NCBI GenBank assembly: GCA_013265495.1
Contig: MU057930.1
Span: forward strand, 257,599 to 321,598
DNA from: Vicugna vicugna
Taxonomy: Eukaryota
DNA length: 64,000 nucleotides
Reading direction: 5' to 3'
Shown here: positions 36,901-51,300 of the stretch, in pieces
Position numbering within the stretch: position 1 is the first letter of the stretch
Layout of the letters: every line of letters begins with the position of its first letter
Notes under the pieces: generated by a model
The model's database searches: none
What the model was told of the DNA's origin: nothing
Seen by the model: only the letters and a program-made list of their open reading frames with translations
Translations under genes and position numbers: made by a program

Positions 36901-39364
36901 CAGCGCAGGTGGCGGTGGACTTGGCTGGGTGGGAAGGTTCACCCAAGACTGGGTTTGCTGGAAAGGCAGCCCCTGTGCGGACGGTTAAACGTCCCTCATG
37001 AATGTCGCCCTGCGTGGCGGCTAGTTAAAAACGCATCCGAACTGTCTACGCCCGAACTTCCATGCAGCCTCTTCCCCCGGATGTCAGGACGCTGGGTTGC
37101 TGGGGAAGCAGGGGAAGGAGGAGGAGGCTGGGGAGGGACCTCGCCGAGAAAGCGCGATTAACCCGTGAAGTGTAAGATTCAACTGCAATCGGAGAAGCAA
37201 GCTTGATGCGTTTAGTTTAGTTTTGTTTTTTTTTTCAATTGACTTGGGTGATTTCAATATTCAAATTCCAAGGGCTGGGAGACCGGGTGGGGTTTAAGAA
37301 GAAGACGTGCTGGAGATTAGGGTGTGAGAAGCTTTTGTTTGGATGTCAGCCTTCTAGTATTTCCTGTTTGTCCAGTTTATGGATACGGAGCTGCTTCTTC
37401 ACGGGCAGATGTGGGTTTGTTGTTTTGTTTTAAAGGATATCTGTCATTAATTTTTTGGGGGGGTTGAGGTAATTAGGTTTATGTATTTACTTTTAATGGC
37501 AGGGCTAGGCATTGAACCCAGGACCTCATGTACCCTAAGCACATGCTCTACCACTGAGCTATATCCTCCCCCACCCCCTTTATTTTTAAAAATTGAAGTA
37601 TAGTCCATTTACAATGTGTCGATTCCTGGTGCGCAGCACAGGGGCGGATGTGGTTTTGTGACGGGTCCTGGGCTTTTGGGGTCTTCCCTGACACCCTTCT
37701 GTTCACCCTCATCCTCTGTGCGTCTTACCGGATGCGGGTCACGCAGAAACGCACCCAGGAGCTCCCTGTCAGTCCCTGAACTCACCCCAGGGCTGAAGGA
37801 AGAGGGCAGAGCTCTGGTTTTATACCCACTTGCGCAGCTGCCAAACCAGCAAAACACGTCTGAGTAACGACCGTGGGCTCACCTCCTGCCTCCGGCAGCC
37901 CAGCCCCCTACGATGCACAGTCCAGTTGATCCTTTTGGAATAATTCAGCAAGACATGTGGTTCATCATACGTCTGTGGGAAACGCCACAGTGGATTTTTT
38001 TTTTAAATTGAAGTACAGTCAATGACAATGTGTCCATTTCTGGTGTACAGGACAGTGTTGTGGATTTAAGTGACATTGTTCTCATGACAGAGGAAGATGG
38101 AGTAACCGGCACTGGCTGAACCTGGCCAAGTCCTTTGCAGGATGTTTGGGGTTTTGATGGATGTGTTTTAATGGCAGCGTCACTTCCGCTCGGCGGGTAC
38201 GATCTGGGCTGATTCTCACACAGCCCTGGCATGGGGGTGCCGTAGCTGAGGGTCAGTCATTTCCTTGAGGTCTTAATGATGGTGAAACAAGAGGGCGGGG
38301 TAGGTCTGAAGAGGAACGAGAAAGTAAGCGAGGTCTGGGTCAGGGTGATTCAGTGTAGGTCAGTTGTGCAGGGAACAGCCGGGTGGGCTTTGAGTCCTGG
38401 GTAATTCGTTAAACGCACAGACAGCCCCCTCCCCACAAGTCCCCCCCCCCCCCCTTAGCTGTAGGACTGAGCAGACCCACGAGGTCCCAGACACATTCCA
38501 CGAGGCTGTCGAGATGATTGTCACCAAGGCTTCAGAAAAACAGACTCCCGTCACGAAACTTGTCCGCCCAATGATCAAATTGTGCGTAGAACATAAAATA
38601 ACAACAGTGAGCTTAGATTCCTGATTTGACAATTGGGCGGTTTCAACTTCCCACGGTGTGGCGGTGGCGGTGGCGGTGGTCTGTTCTGTGGGTCCCCACC
38701 CAAGCGATGCTCCTCACCCAACAGGTGCAGAAGAAGTGACACCCCCTGGGTAGAGATGCTGCAGCCAGCCTGGCTCCACCTGGGGACCACTTTGTCCCCC
38801 AGGGCACACTTGGCCGTGTCTGGAGTCACTGGGAGGTGGGGGGCGGTGGGGGGTTGCTTTTGTCAAATGGGTGGAGACCAGGAGAAGTGCTCAAAGTTCT
38901 GTGATGCACGGGAGGCCCTATGCAGCAAAGAGTCAGCCAACCCCCAATGCTAATTCTGCTGAGGTCGGAAATCCTGCCTTAGCACGAGAGACTATCCATC
39001 CATCCATCCATCCATCCATTTTTCCATCTAACTAACCGCCCGTGTATCTATCTATCCATCCATCCATCCATCCATCTTTCCATCCACCCAACCACCCCAT
39101 GCATCTATCCTTCCTATCTATCTATCTGTCTTTCTATCTATCCATCCATCCATTTATGTATCTGTGTATCTCTCTGTATGTCTTTGTAGGTATGTGTGTA
39201 ATTATTATCTGTCCTCTACTTATGTATCTATATATCTACCTATCTATCTATTCATTCTATCTATCCATCCATCCATCCAACCATCCATCCATGTATTTAT
39301 CCATCTAATCTATCTGTCCATTCATGCATCCATCCATCCATACATCCATGTATTTATCTGTCTA

Positions 39365-39399
<35 letters not shown>

Positions 39400-42300
39400 C
39401 ATCCATCCATCCATCCATCCATCTATCCATCCATCCATCCATCCATCCATCCCATGGACTTAGAAATGCAGGCAGGATTTAACCTGCAGTCTTGAGCCAG
39501 AATCCATCCTTCTCCGGGAAACCTCCGTCTTTGCTTTAAAGGCCTTCGACAGATCAGACCAGGCCCACCCATGTTATCCGGGACAATCTGCTTTATCGGC
39601 AGTCCACAGATTGTGGATGTTAATCCCATCAACGAACTACCATCACGGTGACCTCTAGACTTGTGTTTGACTGAACTGGACCCTGTGGCCCCATGGAGGG
39701 GACACATAACATTCACCATGATTTCATGTTTCCACTTTGGTTGCCTGAGAGACAATTTTAAGGAGGGCTCCAGGCCCACGCCTGTGTGTCCTCAGAAGTA
39801 TATCCACGTTTGCTGCGGTCGTGGGACCGGGTGGGCAGACCCAGCACTATTAAATGTTTTCCCTGCCCCAGGTCCCCTAGTACAGCAAGTTGCCCCCTGG
39901 AAGGGGGTGCCTTTGCGGTCTTCCTTGGAGCAAATCATTCTCAAGATAAAAAACAAAAATAGATATCACCCAAAAGCACACTCTCCTAGAATTAGAGGAA
40001 TGCCTTATGAGTTTTCTATAAATGTTTTCCTCCAAAATTGTTCTTTGTTTATCATCCTTGGCAATAACACACGACGTAGAGGAAATGTGGAAACACCAGG
40101 GAGGTGGCTGGGAACGTTGGATGGGCGTCAGGATTACCGGGCGGATGGGGCACAAATGCAGAGTCCCAGGCCCCTGTGTCTTCTAGGGCTCCAGGTGAAG
40201 ACGACAGCAAAGTCGCCATCTTCAGGGGTCTCTCGGGAAGCAGCTCCCTCCTGCGGCCATCTGCGGCCCCTCTGAAAGGGCGGTTTCCTTCCAAAAGAGA
40301 GCAGAGCTGTCCCCATCCTAAGGCCAGTGCACTGGGGGCTGTTGAAGGAGCTGGTGGGGCTGGGACATCCCATGGGCAGAATGGAATTACCTTCTCTTGC
40401 GGCTTGCGGGGTGGATCGGAAGCCAGCCCAATTGTCATTGAGTTGGACTTCATCCACAGACATCAAGTGTCGCATCCAGCCTCTCTCCTGCCTGTGGGAA
40501 GCAGCCTGGGGCTCCTCCTAACCAAAGCTATGGTTCTCTAGGGGGTGAGGACCTCCTGGACCCTTGGGGGGGTGGGGGCGCTGGGTCAACCGGAGGGTGC
40601 AAGAAGGAAGGCCCCCCACCCCCCAGGAGTAAGGATGTTTCCCTGTTTCCGCCATGAACTTCTAAAGTGGGGCCCCCAGACCAGCAGCACGGACATCCCC
40701 CTGGAGCCGGAGAGAAATGCCGTCTAGCCCCACGCAGACCTGCGGACCTGGACTCTGCAGGTGGCCAGATTCCAGGCTGCTCTGAATGCCCTTGAGGGTC
40801 TGAAAGACACTGAGGCAGAGGTTCTGAGGCTGGAGGGGAAGGCGTGCTGTGGACCCAAAACGCTGGGAGCGGCCCGTCTTTAAGCAACCCTGCCCTGAGG
40901 TGGTCCTTCACACCCGTGCCTCCCAGGTGACTGTCTCTGCTCCACTCCGCTCCACCCGGCTGTCTGGCGGTGCCTCCAGGATGGCTGAGCATCTCCTAAG
41001 GGACTGCTGGACACGTGTCGCTCTGGGAAGGCTGGTTTAGGACACACCGTGCAGCAACGCCTCATCAGGTCTGCAGCATTTTTATCAAGTCTTGCATTTT
41101 CTGGAAGATGATCAGTCCTTACTCCTTTGTGACCAAATACGTCTCCTCTTGGGGACTTTGCTGGTGCAGAGGGCTGCCACGTGCGACGCACTCAGAGGGC
41201 CCTTGAGAGGCCAGGACCCAGGACAACTGGTTGACCTTCTGGGGCACGGCTCCTAGGCTGCCAGGGGCTGAGGTCAAGGAGGAGTCGTGGAGAGTGTCCG
41301 TGGTCAGTCAAGTGCCTGGATATTTCCGTCAAGCTGTGCAGCCCGAGAACCCAGCTCTCCTTGAGAACATTTGTCGTCCTGGAGCAAAGCAGCAGGAGGA
41401 CTGGAGGCTGGGATGGGTTTCATCTCAGAGGTTCCAGGAGGAGGAGGTCGGACCCCGCCAGCAACACACCAGGACCCACTGGGAACACATCCCCGACTCG
41501 GGCAGCCCCTTCCTTTTCTGCTTTGTCAACCTGGACTGCTGGCCCAGGCTCTCACCGTCCTGGGCGAGAGCCATTATAATATGCTTTCCAAGCAGTTTTA
41601 TTTTTTTAAACAGCGAAGGCACAGTGTCCAAGGTGGGGGGGAACCGTACAATTTGCCTGGAGGAAGCTCAGGGTTGCTCCCTGGGCGTCCCTGCTCCAGC
41701 CGTGTGAAGTCCCCCTGTGGAACCCCTCAAGGGCAAGACGGTCCTACTGATGCAGGAGAAACGGATGTGGGGCGTGAGGACAGCCGTGGCCCGGGTCTCG
41801 GTCGTGCCTCTGGACGTTCCCCACCAAGTGTGGGTCCTTGGCTTCCTGCAGGAAAGAATTCAAGTGCGAGCCACTGTTGATTAAAAGGTAGATTTGTTTG
41901 GAGAGATGCACACTGCATGGAGTGTTAGGCAAGAGAAAGACCATGAGATGTGGGGGTTGGGTGCTCAGAGTAAAGCAAAAGTAGGTGCACCCTCCATAGA
42001 CAGAATGCGGCCGTCTCCGAAGACGGGGGAGCCAGACAGGCAGCCGGGCGTGGTGCTGTCAGTTTTTATGAGCTCGGTAGCTTCACACGCCTACAGATGG
42101 GACCATTCCCACTGCCCTGGGGTTCCCAGGAACTGGGCCACCGCCCACCCCACTCTGACCTTCTGTGCTTAGCCCTGGGGCTGTCATGGCGCCTGCGGGC
42201 ACGCGATCGATCACGCTGCTACAGTGAGCGTGCAATGAAGTTCCAGATCTCCTAGACGTCAACCTCCTGCCATCTCCATCCTCAAGGCCAACGGGAGTTG

Positions 42301-45300
42301 AATCTTTGACCATTTTGGTGTGAAATTGCTGTCATTCGTTGAATGGCTGCGCCCTGGCCGCCTTCCCTCTGGTCTCGCTCCCACCCGTCGGTGGCTCACA
42401 AAGTGGCTTCATCTATGACAGGGGACCCCGGAAGGGCCGGTTTAAATTAACCCACACGTCAGGGGACGCCCGCAAAATCCGACGGAAAGAAATGAGGAAC
42501 GCCCGTCTCCAAGGGTCCCTTCAGGAGGTACAAGGACAATGGTTGGAACAATAAACTCTTAAGACCCTGTCTGCCTTGCGCATCCCCCGGTGGACCCGCT
42601 CCCCGGTGATTAGCTGCAGCAGCTGTAAACTCTGCTGGCAGCAGCTGTAACTGGACCCAGGGCTTCACACAGCCAGCAGCGTTTTCTTCCTCCCTCCCCA
42701 CCTCCTCTCAGGGCTTGCCTGGGGCGGATTTCCTCCTTAGATGGAGGTAGGTAATTCAGCGGGGGCTTGGGCTCGATCCTGATTCGGGGAGGCTGTTGAC
42801 CTGGCACCACAGCCCCACCGTTTGCTTTGCAGAAACGCCGTTTGTCCCGCTGACTTGGGGGGTTTCAGAAGTTCAGGGACGCAAACCAAAATCCGAAACA
42901 TCTTAGCGTCTTGCAGGGGTAGTGCTGGGCCAGGGAGGGGTCTGGTTACTAGACGTAACCGAAGCGTTCCGCCAACTGCCACTCAGGTGGTTTCCTCTTG
43001 AAATCCCCGCCCCCACCAAATGTCGCTTGTTTTTGGAGGGTAGGGGGTGTTGGGTACCGTGCCAAGACCTCGCTCCCACCAGCATGAGTCATTTCCAGCC
43101 CCCGCCTCTGGGATCTCAGCCATGGGGGACCGTCATTAAGATCTGGAACACACACACACACACACACGAGGCCGCTTTCTCCTCGGTGTTTATCCGTAAG
43201 TAAACCCCAGAACACGTGGGTTTGGTTAAGAGCCGCTGAGCCAGCGAAACAAAGCAGATCAGAAACAGATCTTGTGTTCCCAGCCCCGTCTCGGGCCCTG
43301 GGTGGAAAATGAAGCTGGTGGCCGTGATTGCCCCGGGCGCAGCCCTTCCCGTATCTGCCCCAGATGGAGCCCGCTGAATCTGCATCTCCCCCGCCGAGGG
43401 ATGTCCCTGGTGGCACGGCTACAGATTGAAGGGTGTTACTGGTGGGGCTGCGGCTTAAGCCACACCGGGCAGGATCTTGGCTGCAGCCCGTCCCGGAGAG
43501 CAGGGGGTGCCTGATGCAGTCCTGCCGGGCCTGCGGGACTGAGTCCTTCCTACACCCTGGGCTGCCCGCCTGCCCGCCCGCCCGCCTGACGGCTGGCTGG
43601 GTGCTGTGTGAGTCACGCTCACGAGGCTCCCTGGTGCCACACCCACAGCCAGCAGGGGCGGCTGCCTCCACTGGCCTCCCCATGCATCCGCCGCATCCTC
43701 TCTAGAGGGAAGGAGGCGGCTGGAAACAGGCTGGTGGTTGGTTTGGGGGGACTTGGCTATTTCCAAGGCCAGGGGTGGGGGCACCCGGGGTCCCCGCTGC
43801 CAGGCAGGCTGGTGTCAGAGCTCCTGCATCCCCAGAGGTGGCCCCCAGCCCTTCGGGAGAAGGCCCGGGTGCCGCCCAGCTGTTGTGCAACAGGTCGGGC
43901 GGGGACAGAGCCCAGGGGCCTTGCTCAGCGCGGGGCAGCCCGGCTCACAGGTCGGGGGAGACGCCTACGTGCTGTTTATGGACGGGGAAGCGCCCTGCTG
44001 TCGAGAGTTACTTGTACACAGTCAAGGGCGGGTGGAATGCAGATTCCGGAGCTGCCTGTGTAGCCGAGGGTCTGGGGGAAGCTGGGTGTGTGCCGGAGGG
44101 AGGGTCAGACACACCCTCGCCGGCTGCCCTGGAAGGAATGTGTTTTATAAATCCCGTAAGGCTTCTTGTCTCCCCCTCCGCCCCTGGACCATGACCCGGA
44201 GCAGAAAGGGGCCAGATTGTTCCCGAAAGAGGAACCGGCAGGGGCTGGAGGGATGCAGACGCTGGCAGAGACCGAGGTCTCTGAGGGAGGTGGGAGCTCC
44301 CCGTGTTAGAAAAGGCTCTCTGGGATTTAGTCTGGGGACGCACTGAGCCCTGGCCTCCAGTCCAGACCGTGCGGCTGCCCATGGGGGCACGCTGGCCTCA
44401 GATCTCCGCTCTCCAGTGTCTGGGATTGGGGGGCGGGTACTGGCTTCTGGGGATGGACAGGCTCCCAGCCCGAGTTCCCTCCGGCCCCAGATGCTGCCTG
44501 CATGGTTTCCCAGCGGGGGACGTGCCTGGGGCTTCCCTGACCCCAGGCCGGACGGGTCAAAACTACGTCCAGGGCAGGTGCAACCCAGGTGAACACCTGG
44601 AGGAGACGCAGGGTCTAGGGGCTGCCATGTGTGGCCACTTTTGGTAATGTTGATTCTTCCACACCAAGACCTCAAGGTATCTTTCCATTTCTTTGTGTCA
44701 TCTTCAATTTCCTTCCTCAATGTTTTAGTTTTCAGAGCATAGGTAACCTCCTTGGTTAAGTTTATTTCTAGGTATTTTGTTGTTTTTGATGCAATGGAAA
44801 TGTTTATGCCAGTTATAAAATTCTCGTGTTTGAAGCGGTTAAAAAAAAACTGAATGAAGGGCCACAAATGGCAAAATATCCTTCTTTCTTGACGGACCTC
44901 AGGGGTTTTCAGATCTGGTTTGAGAGGCAGGGAAGGTGGGGTGGGGGCCAGGGCAGGGGGACGGGGGTGCATGTGGGGAAAATGCACTTTAATATGCAGG
45001 AGAGGAAGTGACTGCAGCCCTCCCACCCCTGGCTCCTTAAAAAGACTTTTTTTTTTTGGAGATAAAATTCACATGCAAGAAAGTCACCATGTTAATCCTT
45101 TGAAAGAAAAGTGAACAGTTCAGAGATTTTTTTTTTAAGCACATTCATCCTGTTGTGCAATCATCACCACTCTTGAATTCCAGAACAGTGTCATCACCCC
45201 CAAAAGCCCTCCAGCACTGAGGGGAGGAAGGTGGGGCTGTCCTGCAATGTTTGTGAAAGGCTTGCTTGAGGGGGCATGTCGCAGCCAGTGAGGGGGCAGC

Positions 45301-48300
45301 GTGCAGCTGGGCCTCAGTTCAACTTTTACCGAGTGAGGAAAATATCCCCAATTCGAGCCGTGCGGCTGTGAGCTTACCACATTCCCCAAGAGCATTCACT
45401 AAGCTGAAAATGAGGGTCAGGATGTGTCCCGGCAAGTAAACGGAGTAAGTCTGTATCTTCAAAAACGCTCACATGCTGCCGCCTCCAGGCAGACCTCCAG
45501 GTCTGCTCCCACAGGAAGTGGAACGGCCCACTGCCTTGTGGTCTCGGCTGCACCCTGTGCCCACCTGCAGGGATAGTCACACGTCTTTCTCCCCTAAAGG
45601 TCCAGGGGGCAGGGCTCATGACGGTCACGGTCACACCCCCAGCACCCAACAGTGTGCCTGTCACGGAGTCGCAATTCATAACGTTTGCAGAGCAAGTACC
45701 ATGTGATATCACTTCTAGGTGGAAACTGAAAATACATTAGGAGTTTGGGATTAGCAGAGACACACTACGGTATGTAAAATAGATAAACAGCAAGGTCCTC
45801 CTGTGCAGCACAGGGAACTCTATTCAATATCCTGTAAGAACCTATAATGGAAAAGAATCTGGAAAAGAAAATGCTTATGTATGTATTCAGTCAAAACGGA
45901 ATCACTTTGCTGTACACCTGACGCTACCACAACGTTGTAAATTAACTACTTCAATTAAAAAAGAAGAAAGACAAGGGTGCCACAATGTTCCTTCAGACGC
46001 GTCTTTGGTGAGGCGGCACCAGCCTACCAGGAAAGCCACGGCGTGGGTTTGGCAAAGCCACGGGGAGGTGGAGGGGGTGGACTTTGACCTTCCACCGAGC
46101 TCAGGGCGGTGGGATTGAGCTTTGCCCCGAGGGGGATGTCTGGACAGACCAGCCAAAGAGGAGGCCGGCACCCGGCGCCCTGCCCATCCCATCTCGGTGT
46201 GACCCATGCCCTGTGTCTTCCCCACAGGTCAAGGTGACTTTGATTTGGCCGACGCCCTCGATGACCCTGGTGAGTGCCAGTATTTCTAGGGAAAATGCTA
46301 TGTTTTTTGCAGCCTGAGTCAGCTGTGCAGTTTACAGGGTAGGGGTGGGGGTGGGGTCAGAATTCAGAATTCTAGCTATTAAAAATTTTGTTTTCGCACA
46401 AGATCACGGGCACAGAGAGGCGAATGGTTTTTCCCACCTGAAAGGCTCTTTATGACGCCTTGAGCGTGGGGCCGGTCTAACGTCCCGCAGGTCTGCGCTC
46501 CCCGAGCCCGTGGGCGGGGTGCGCTCGGGTGCACGCTGCGTTCCCTCCGTGGGGCTCGTAGCTGGCTCCGTCCTCCGCCGCACCCGGCGGTGATCACCCG
46601 AGCCAGCCCTCCTGCAGGGCGGGCCGCACCCTCCGGTCACCTCCACTCACGGGGCACTGGTGCCTTGAATGGACGACGTGACCCCTCTTTCCACCTGTCT
46701 GTGGCCACCATCCTCGGGGGCGGCTTGACCTCCTCGCAGCCAGAGAGCCGAATATACATCTGCTGGACCCAGGAGGACGGTCCAGGTTCAGGCGCACAGG
46801 GGAGCTGGGAGGCAGAGGCGTTGGGGCCTGGGGTTGCCGAGGGCACGGGAGCAGAGTCGGAGGAGGCAGGAGGCAATGGGCGTGTCAGGTGGGCACAGGG
46901 GGACTGGGCTTCTTTTGGAAAGAAAGATTGCTGCCTGGGTCTTCAGAGACAGATCAGCGGCATCTGGTGTCTGGTCCAAGCCCTGGTCACTCGGCGCAGA
47001 TCAACCCCTCCATCAGCCTCGCCCCTCCTAGGAAGATGATTGGGGGAATTAAAAGGATGGACTCAAACAAATATGTGTTTATAGGGGTGTTATTCACAGT
47101 TGCCAGAAGGTGGAAGCCACCCAAATGATAAACAGAATGCAGTCCATCCATACAGGGGAATATTACTCAGCCAGGAAAGGGGAGTGATGCTCTGACACAG
47201 GCGACAGTGTGGATGGACCCTGAAAATGTGATGCTGTAGAGGACAGGGCTTTCTGCAGAGAGGCGGGACCCAGTCCACGGTGCCCGCGGGCAGTTCTAAC
47301 CTCCGTCACCTTCACCAAGCTCTGCCTCTCTGAGCATCTTCCAAAAATCTCTCTGTCTTGCTGCCCCATCTCTGCCCACCCACACCCGACACCCAGACTG
47401 TGCACCTGACCCCCCGTGCACGAGTGCTGACCTCGTGGTATGGGAGTCACCCGGGAGGCTGCGAGTGTCCCCATGTACACACTCCCCGGCACCAACAGGC
47501 TCTCCGCAAACGTGTGTCAAATGCATAAACACGTGCTTGAAAGAAACAGGGAGAAGCGTGGCTCTGGAGGCGGGAGGCCTCCCTTCCCGTTTTCCTCCAC
47601 GTGTCCTACGTCTGCCGTGCGGGCTCGCAGCCGCCCTGCAGGTGCGCGTGGTACCGTGTGTGCGCCCACCTGCCCTGGATGCTCTGGGCGAAGACCGCCT
47701 TCCCGCAGGGGTCCGAAAGCTCGCTCCTTCGTCTCCTGCGAGACTTTACGGAAACTCACTTCCTAATGAGCTGGGAGGACCCCCTTATGGAAGCTTTGCT
47801 CTCCACTCCCCCCAGCCCCCAGCCTCTGCACAGATGCAGGGAAGACCGCTAGGCATGTGTGTTAAGGGCGCTTTTTTCCCCCCACCATGAATACAGAGTG
47901 GAATTTGTGTTCATATCACCGTTCGTGGTTTCCATTTTTTTTTTATGAGGGTGTTTATCATTCTTTCTTCAAGCTGCACATAAATCTTCGATGTTTCTTG
48001 ACTGTCTGATCTCTCTTTGCCCACAGAGCCGACCAAGAAGCCAAGCTCAGGTGAGTGACTGCCTACTTGCCTGCACGGAAGTCGGGCTGCACCTTGGAGC
48101 TGGTGGATTTTGGGGTTTTTCTGGGGGGGGGAGGACTAATCAAGTTTATTTATTTTTAAATGGAGGGACTGGGGATGGAACCCAGGACCTGCTGCATGCT
48201 AAGCACACACTCACTGAGCTAGACCCCCCCCCCATGGAGCTGGCGTATTTGAAGGCACGCCTGAGGGTGTTTTATAGGCTCACGGGCTGTGGGAGGAGGC

Positions 48301-51300
48301 GGTGAAGTTTCAGGCAAACAGGGGTCACTGGGGGAATGCAAATCAAAGTCGCAGTGAGACAGCATTCCTCCTCCTCGGATGGCTAGCATCAAAACACAAA
48401 GGGCCACAAATACGGAAGGTAACCTTTGCCGGCAAAGGTGCGTGAAGACACGGGAACCCTCGAGGGCTTGCCGGCGGGCGGGCGTGGAAGATGGTGCGGC
48501 CTCTGCGGAAACCCGTCTGACAGCGCCTCAGAGACTCCGTATGGAATTTCTGTGGGACCGAGTTGTTCCGCCCCCCCGGGGGGGGGGCGATCCCAAGGAA
48601 TGGAATCCAAGGATTCCAGCGGGAACACACAGATGGAGACTGACGGCGTACAATCCCTCGCGAGTCCAGGAGAGACAAAAGCAAAAGATAAAATAAACTC
48701 GATTAAATGAAAAAGCCAACCTGATTAACGAAATAGAGACCAGGAAAGAAAATTAAAAAAAATAAAATAAACAGAAGGGACACGTTTAAATAGTAGGAAC
48801 CGTGTACCGTTCATTCCTGTGGAAGTAAAATGATTGCATGACCCTAAGAAGACAGGGTTAGATCAAGCCGTTTAAAATCAGTTTTACGCCGTTAAACAAG
48901 GTGAGAGGAAATGGGAAAAGACGTGTGAAGCGAAAATCCTATCCAGAGGAAGGTGGTATCACCTAGTAATGTCAGAAAAAGTAGCCTTGAAGGAAAAAAA
49001 AAAAAAGAAAAAACCAGTTGTGTGTGTGTGTCTGTGTAGTTTTTTCTTTCCATTCTAAATGCTGAGATTTTATTTCTAACCGCGAAGTACTTTTTTTTCG
49101 GTTAACCGGGTCGATGGTAATCCCCAACGCCCTGAGCAACAGTGCTGAGTAAGATGTAAGCTCTATAATCACCTGCTGGTCTTGTTTTACAGGCTGCTTC
49201 TGAGTCAGGGATGTTTTTCTCTTCCAAACACGCAGTCTCATTTGTCCCCCGCAGGTATCTACCCAAAGCCGAAGCCCCCGTACCCACCACGGCCTGCGAG
49301 TCCCGACCACCACGGGGGAGGTAAGGACGTTCGCTGCTTTCAAAACGGGTTGGATGAAACGTGTCTCTCTTTTTTTCTTTCTTTCATTTGTTTTTTTTTT
49401 AACTAGTTTTCATCCAGCTGCTTTGGCTACAAGTACCAGGTCACCCTCTAGGGAGGGTGGGGTTTGTCCTTCGGAGGAGGAGGAAATCGGGGCCAATAGC
49501 CAATAAAGTCCTCTGCAATTCAGGAAACAAAAAAAAAAAAAAAAAAAGCTAAAATGTGACCAGGCAGATGGGGGCCTGGAAAGCCGGAAAAGTCGAGGGC
49601 GTGAGGAAGCTTCCTGGAAGGTTCTAGGCGTTGGGACGGGTGGAAATTCATCTCCTTGTGGGGAGGGAGGTGGTCAGTCAAAGTAAGAAGTCAGGTTTGA
49701 TGAACCGTTGCCTTATTGTGAAGCAACACACGACACTAACTGAGTTAGTTAAAGGCTGGCTAAGTGACTACCAACCTTTAAAACCATCTTTTAAATCTGC
49801 AACTCCCAATTTATCCCCCGCCCCGGTAACCATAAGTTTGTTTTCTATGTCTGTGAGTCTGTTTCTGTTTGGTGAATAAGTTCATTTGTGTCATTTTTAA
49901 AAAAGATTCCACATAGGAGTGATCTCATATGATATTTCTTGTTCTCTGTCCAACTTACTTCACTTAGTGTGAAAATCTCCAGGTCCATCCATGTTGCTGC
50001 AAATGGCATGATTTCATTCTTTTTTATGGCTGAGTAGTATTCCATTGTTTAAATGCACCACACCTTCTTTATCCAGTCATCTGTGGATGGACATTTAGGT
50101 TGCTTCCACGTCTTGGCTGTTGTAAATAGTGCTGCCATGAACATTGCGGTGCATGTGTTTGTAGAATGATTCCTTAAATGCAAATGACCTAATTCTGCCT
50201 TTTGCTTCTTAAGAAAAAGAAAAGCTCTTTTTTTTTCCAAGTTTAACATCCCAGCTCCATCAATTTCTTTCTTGTAAAAATTCCTGCCAGCCCTTTCCAC
50301 AAAGCCTTGTTCGACAGAGCGTTGCTCTTCTGCAAGGTGCCGGCGGACATCGCTCATGGGATGGACTTCTTGCAACCGTCTATTTGGGAAACATAGGGTT
50401 AAACGTGCTTCCACGGGCTCCTGTAAAATGAGTCACCAGAACCAGGTTGACTCATGCATCCCGGGGCCTGTGGGGGGCAAATCTCAGGCTTGGGAGGTGT
50501 CCTCCTGTGACTCACAACTCCTGGGGCCGACACATTCTTTTTTTTCTTTTTTTTTTTTTCTTTTTAATCGAAGGACTGGGGATTGAACTCGGGACCTCGT
50601 GCAAGCTAAGCGCGCACTCCACCCATGAGCTGTGCCTCCCCCACACCCCTTCCCTGATGCATCCTGAACCAGAGGAACGTTGCTTTCTGGCGTTTGTTGT
50701 CAAGCTTTGCTAAAACCCAGCCGTGAGATGGCGGCCCTGATTATGGATTTGTATTTGATACGCTTTATGCAGCTCTTGGTGTCAGCATAAGCCACAACAG
50801 GGGAAAAAAATGGATTTCATCCATGAACCCCTTTTGTGCTTTAAAGGGGATGGTCAGTAGAGTGGAAATTCACACGCAGAGCGGAAAGCGGGACGCACGA
50901 TCAGCAACGTGAGACGCTTTTGTCCTCGTATCGGGGACGGACTTTCGCCAACCGTCTGACCTTTGCGATAACCCCACACAGGGGGACGTTCCCAGCTCAG
51001 TATCTGCCACCTTCGTTCCAGGAACCCGTGAGCTTTTTGCTCCCAGAACCAGGGGAGGAGGTCCCGGGCGCCGAGATCAAAGCGGGTTTTTAAAGCTTTG
51101 GTGCTTGGAGAGGTTAACGACCTTTTGAGGGCTCTGCCCGGCAGATGTGAACCAGCCGGATCGTCACCTTGTATTCCGGTCTTTCTGCGTGGGTGGCTGG
51201 TTCGTCCCTGGAAGGTGCCATGGCTTTCCTAAAACCACCTTGCTGTTTTCAACCACAGGTATCTACCCACCGCCGAAGCCGCCGCCTCGCCCGCAGCCTG

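Noticed and set aside
35926..37001. Long overlapping ORFs (332, 225, 193 aa)
   Set aside because: CpG-island artefact; only 36527-36587 matches XG
48569..48588. C7/G9 palindrome
   Set aside because: Short homopolymer inversion within a decayed L1; no sign of function
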